Of a DNA stretch of 30,210 bases, positions 26,483-30,210 are shown in pieces (the first letter of the stretch is position 1; each line of letters opens with the position of its first letter). The position numbers were made by a program, and so were the translations under genes. Below the pieces are notes generated by a model, which made no database searches, was not told the DNA's origin, and saw only the letters and a list, made by a program, of their open reading frames with translations. The stretch is from Planctomycetota bacterium (lineage in GTDB: Bacteria; Planctomycetota; B15-G4; JADJEK01), in NCBI GenBank assembly GCA_044225365.1, contig JBGAIQ010000062.1, forward strand, positions 1 through 30,210. Direction: 5' to 3'.

Positions 26483-27562
26483 TCAGGATTTCAACGCGTC
26501 GAGGATCGCGCGAAAGCTCACGAGCTTGAAGTTCTGATTGGCGCCGCCGTCGTTCTTGTCGTCCTGCGCGACGAAGAGGCCGTCGGGGAACTTCGCGCCG
26601 AGCGGCGTGGAAACGGCATCGATGCCGTCGGTGTGGCTCGTCCCGTCGATACCGTTGCCCGCGACGATCTTGAAGCGGCCCACGTAGGTGTTCGGGACCT
26701 TGCGGTCGTAGACGCAATAATCGTCCGAGCCCTGGCTCGAGACGATGAGGTAGCCGGAGCCGTCCGGCCGAGCGTAGAGGGCGATGCCTTCGGCGTTGTA
26801 GCGCAGATTCCCGCTCGGACCGATCGTGTCGATGCTGACGCGAGGAGTCGCGTCGTCGGGCTCCGCGCCGTAGCGCCAGACGGAGACGGTTTCCTGCGAA
26901 AGATAGAACAGGCCGTTGGCGTCGTCGGCGACGCAGCCTTCGACTTCGCTGCCGAGGACGAGGCGACGCGCGAGGGTCGCGACGTAGCGATCCTGTGCCG
27001 CGTCGTAGGCGAGTTCCCATTGCTCGCAGATGCCGTATTCGTGAGCCGTATTGTCGTTGCCGTTGACGAAGACGTAGGTCTTCTTCGATTTCGGACTCGT
27101 GTACATGCAGATGCCTTCGACGTCGAAGGTCGTCTTGAACGTCGAGGTGACGAGGCGCTCGAGGCGGCGCTGCGCCTCGTCGATGCGATAGACGAAGATC
27201 TTCTCCGAGTGATGCTGGGTCGACACCACGAGCGTCTCGACGCCAGAGCCGTGGCTCACGTTGCGGCGTAGATCGACGTTGTTCTGCTTTCCGTTCTCGA
27301 AGCGCTGCACCTCGGCGCCGGAGAGGTCGTAGACGTAGAGGCCGCTGCGCTTGTCCGTCCCGATGACGAGGCTCTTCTCGGGATCGACGGGATCCACCCA
27401 GATCGCGGCGTCGTCGGCGGCATCCTCCGAGCTGGGGACCGGCACGGTCTCCGCGACCGCGATCACCGACACCGAAGCGGGATGGTAGTAATGCCAGACC
27501 AGCGCGCCGGTGACGGCGAGCAGAACGACGGCACCGAGCGCGAAGCGGCGTGATTTCGACAA
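26483..27562 (-). CDS. Beta-propeller phytase (3-phytase, PhyC-like)
   Basis: DAADDAAIWV, IGTDKRSGLYVYDLSG, NNVDLR, EVEGCVADD, EGIALY, YLIVSSQG, TDGID, GLFVAQD, NQNFKLV; N-terminal signal/anchor; TTG start. Confidence 0.93.
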   Translation of the reverse strand: MSKSRRFALGAVVLLAVTGALVWHYYHPASVSVIAVAETVPVPSSEDAADDAAIWVDPVDPEKSLVIGTDKRSGLYVYDLSGAEVQRFENGKQNNVDLRRNVSHGSGVETLVVSTQHHSEKIFVYRIDEAQRRLERLVTSTFKTTFDVEGICMYTSPKSKKTYVFVNGNDNTAHEYGICEQWELAYDAAQDRYVATLARRLVLGSEVEGCVADDANGLFYLSQETVSVWRYGAEPDDATPRVSIDTIGPSGNLRYNAEGIALYARPDGSGYLIVSSQGSDDYCVYDRKVPNTYVGRFKIVAGNGIDGTSHTDGIDAVSTPLGAKFPDGLFVAQDDKNDGGANQNFKLVSFRAILDALKS

Positions 27563-27665
27563 GCGAGTTCCTGGGACGCGGACGAGTTCGCCATCTTTGC
27601 GCGCAGTCTTAGCGGGAATCCTTACGATCGAGTCAACTCAAGCGATCGAGATCGTGGCAAAACTC

Positions 27666-28388
27666 ATGTCAAGAAGCGCCGATTCCCTTTACTTCCGCCA
27701 ACTCCTCGCGGGTCGTGACTTCGCAACCGCCGACCCGACGGCCGCGGGGATGGTGAACTTCGTCTACCTCATCGGCGACCGCTCGAAGGGCGAGTGCTTC
27801 GTCGTCGATCCCGCTTGGGACGTCGAGGGCATCCTCGACATCGCCGCCGCGGACTCGATGAAGGTCAAAGGAGCGCTCGCGACGCATTATCACCCCGATC
27901 ACGTCGGCGGGGCATTTCCGGGGCTTGGAGTCGTCGAGGGAATCGTGCGACTTCTCGAACTGAATCCCGTGAAAGTGCATTGTCAGAAGACGGAAGCCGA
28001 GTGGATCACGCGATGCACGGGCGTCTCGGCGAGCGACCTCGCGCTGCATGAGAGCGGGGACGACGTGACCGTCGGCACGACTCCGATCAAACTGCTCCAC
28101 ACGCCGGGGCACACTCCGGGAAGTCAATGCTTCCTCGTCGGCAATCGCCTCGTCGCGGGCGACACGCTCTTCCTTCAGGGCTGCGGCCGAACCGACCTTC
28201 CGGGCGGCAACTCCGACGAGATGTACCGCTCCCTCCACGAACGCCTCGCAAAACTCCCCGACGACACGATCCTCTATCCCGGCCATCTCTACAGCGAAGA
28301 CCCGAGCGCCACGCTCGGCGCGACCCGCCGCTCGAATCACGTCTTTCAGGTGAAGAGCCTCGCCGACTGGCGCCGCTTCATGAGTTGA
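27666..28388 (+). CDS. MBL-fold metallo-hydrolase (glyoxalase II-like)
   Basis: THYHPDH, HTPGHTPGS, GDTLF..GCGRTD, YPGH; start ATG 27666. Confidence 0.93.
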   Translation: MSRSADSLYFRQLLAGRDFATADPTAAGMVNFVYLIGDRSKGECFVVDPAWDVEGILDIAAADSMKVKGALATHYHPDHVGGAFPGLGVVEGIVRLLELNPVKVHCQKTEAEWITRCTGVSASDLALHESGDDVTVGTTPIKLLHTPGHTPGSQCFLVGNRLVAGDTLFLQGCGRTDLPGGNSDEMYRSLHERLAKLPDDTILYPGHLYSEDPSATLGATRRSNHVFQVKSLADWRRFMS

Positions 28389-28393
28389 CGCCG

Positions 28394-28572
28394 CGGCGGT
28401 CACGCATCGCAGCCGCCGCCGCCGATTCGGCGGTTTCGGATCGCAGCCGCCGCCGCCGATTCGGCGGTCACGCATCGCAGCGCCGCCGCCGATTTCGGTG
28501 GTTTCGATCGTAGCCGCCGCCGCCGATTCGGCGTTTCACCGCAGCCGCCGCCGTCTTTGGCGCGGTTTCGGA
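28394..28572 (+). repeat. Degenerate tandem array (~5 copies, 33-34 bp) related to the reverse complement of the 18.9-kb array
   Basis: ATCG(C/T)AG..GCCGCCGCCGATTCGGCGG starts near 28406, 28440, 28474 and 28507. Hairpin is CCGCCG-ATT-CGGCGG. Confidence 0.85.
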
Positions 28573-28634
28573 CGCGGCGGCAGACGCCTTGAACGGGCGA
28601 TCCGGCTTCCGCCGCGAGCGACTACACTCCCCGC

Positions 28635-30210
28635 ATGCGACGTCTCAGCCTCCTCTTCGTCTGCGCCGGCATTGCCCCCCTTGCGATCGCGGCCGACCCG
28701 CCCGCCTCGATCATCCGATTCGACAAGCCCGCCAACGACTGGACGCAGGCCTTCCCGATCGGCGATGGCAGCCTCGGCGCGATGGTCTACGGCGGCACGT
28801 CGCTCGAGCGCATCCAGCTCAACCTGAAATCGCTGTGGACGGGAAAACGACAAGACGCCGACTCGCCCGCGATGCGTGACGCGATCCCGAAGATCCGCGA
28901 ACTGCTCTTCCAAGGCAAGGCCAGCGAGGCACAAGCGCTCGCCGATCGCACGCTCATCTGCAAGGGCCCGGGGTCGCACGGCGGCGACGGCGCCGACGCC
29001 GACTTCGGCTCGTACCAGACCCTCGGCGATCTATGGATCGAGATGGACGGCGTCGAGAACGCGGAGAACTACGAGCGCACGCTCGATCTCGCGACGGGAG
29101 TTGTCGTGACTCGCTTCCATAGCGGGGACCGCATCGTCGAGCGCCGTATCGGAATCGCGTGGACGGGAGAGAGTGCGATGAGCGTTTCCCTCTCCAGCAC
29201 CGCGAAGGATGGGTTGTCCTTTCGCGTTCATCTCGATCGCAATCCCGCAAACGCCTCGCAGCCGTGGAACAATGCGAGTCCGCTGTCACGACAGGATCCT
29301 CGAAACCCACGGGCCCTCGTCGCCACCGCGCACGACGAATCGCTCGCGATGTCCGGCCGAACGTCGCAAAACGGCGGATATGCCTTCGCTGCGGAAGTCA
29401 TCGCCCGAGTCACCGGCGGATCGAGCACGATCGAAGGCGACACGCTGAGCGTTCACGCCGCGACGAAATGCGAATTGACGCTCTGCGCCTGCACCGCCGA
29501 CGACCCGGATCTCGCCGCGAGTTCGTGCGAGAGCTTCCTGAGATCGATCCGTGAACGATCCGGCTTCGGGATCCGCGACGACGACCCGAAGGCGCGTCGC
29601 TTCGAAGAACGAGCAAGCGTGCCCACCCTCTCCCTCGACCTCGGCGGCCACGACCGCGACGCAATCTCCCTCGACCAGCGCCTCGCCGCCTACAAGACCG
29701 GCGCCGCCGACCCGTCACTCGAAGCGCTCTTCTTCCAATTCGGCCGCTATCTCCTCGCGAGTTCTTCACAGCCCGGTGACCTCCCCGCGAACCTCCAAGG
29801 CATCTGGTGCAACCACGACCACGCGCCGTGGAACTGCGACTACCACCTGAACATCAACCTGCAGATGAACTACTGGCCCGCGGAGACGACGAACCTGTCG
29901 ACGTGCGCCGAGCCGCTCTTCGACTTCATCGAGTCCCTTCGCGAGCCGGGACGAAGGACCGCAAAAACTTGCTACAGCGCGCGCGGCTTCGTCGCGCACA
30001 CGATCAGCAATCCGTTCGGCTACACCTCGCCGGGCGAGCACCCGTCCTGGGGCCTGTTCCCGACCGCGGCCGCCTGGCTCTGTACCCATCTCTACGAGCA
30101 TTGGGCCTTCACGCGCGATCGCGAATTCCTGAAGCGCGCGTACCCGACGATGAAGGAAGCCTGCGAGTTCGGCCTCGACTTCCTCGTCGAGGACCCGAAA
30201 TCGCACCGCC
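28635..30210 (+). CDS. GH95 alpha-L-fucosidase-like glycoside hydrolase (3'-truncated by the window edge)
   Basis: Not in the ORF track because there is no stop in the window. Manual translation from ATG 28635 gives a signal peptide, FDKPANDWTQAFPIGDGSLGAMVYGG, YQTLGDL, YERTLDL and FQFGRYLLASSSQPGDLPANLQGIW...WNCDYHLNINLQMNYWPAE. Confidence 0.93.
   Translation, partial: MRRLSLLFVCAGIAPLAIAADPPASIIRFDKPANDWTQAFPIGDGSLGAMVYGGTSLERIQLNLKSLWTGKRQDADSPAMRDAIPKIRELLFQGKASEAQALADRTLICKGPGSHGGDGADADFGSYQTLGDLWIEMDGVENAENYERTLDLATGVVVTRFHSGDRIVERRIGIAWTGESAMSVSLSSTAKDGLSFRVHLDRNPANASQPWNNASPLSRQDPRNPRALVATAHDESLAMSGRTSQNGGYAFAAEVIARVTGGSSTIEGDTLSVHAATKCELTLCACTADDPDLAASSCESFLRSIRERSGFGIRDDDPKARRFEERASVPTLSLDLGGHDRDAISLDQRLAAYKTGAADPSLEALFFQFGRYLLASSSQPGDLPANLQGIWCNHDHAPWNCDYHLNINLQMNYWPAETTNLSTCAEPLFDFIESLREPGRRTAKTCYSARGFVAHTISNPFGYTSPGEHPSWGLFPTAAAWLCTHLYEHWAFTRDREFLKRAYPTMKEACEFGLDFLVEDPKSHR

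Noticed and set aside
28589-30206. Apparent fragmented or pseudogenised region in the ORF track
   Set aside because: Manual translation shows one continuous GH95 frame from 28635 that runs off the window end.

Overview
High-GC bacterial chromosomal window, probably from an uncultured Planctomycetota-like lineage (inferred from the style of the secreted proteins and repeats). It has no rRNA, tRNA, CRISPR array or transposase. In order, it holds: the 3' end of a secreted protein; a TetR-regulated RND efflux operon (TetR-OMF-MFP-permease) with a perfect 24-bp operator; a hypothetical membrane protein; a CopD-family gene; a GT-C/PMT-like glycosyltransferase; a Tat-exported PaoABC/XDH-family molybdoenzyme operon with an extra small Cys-rich gene; an HI0933-family flavoprotein; an IPT/TIG adaptor plus collagen-fibre gene pair; a GNAT; a 9-heme Ig/BACON/CARDB cytochrome c preceded by a sigma-54 promoter and an adjacent enhancer-binding protein gene; a large secreted repeat protein; a beta-propeller phytase; an MBL-fold hydrolase; and a truncated GH95 fucosidase. 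The best leads are four. (i) A ~100-aa C-terminal domain shared by three unrelated proteins, a candidate uncharacterised sorting/anchoring system, possibly with an adaptor that displays a collagen fibre. (ii) The sigma-54-linked stalked multiheme cytochrome. (iii) A PaoB-like flavoprotein that has lost three of four [4Fe-4S] cysteines, next to a 6-Cys mini-protein. (iv) Two families of dispersed hairpin repeats. All family calls come from motif recognition by eye; no database searches were run.
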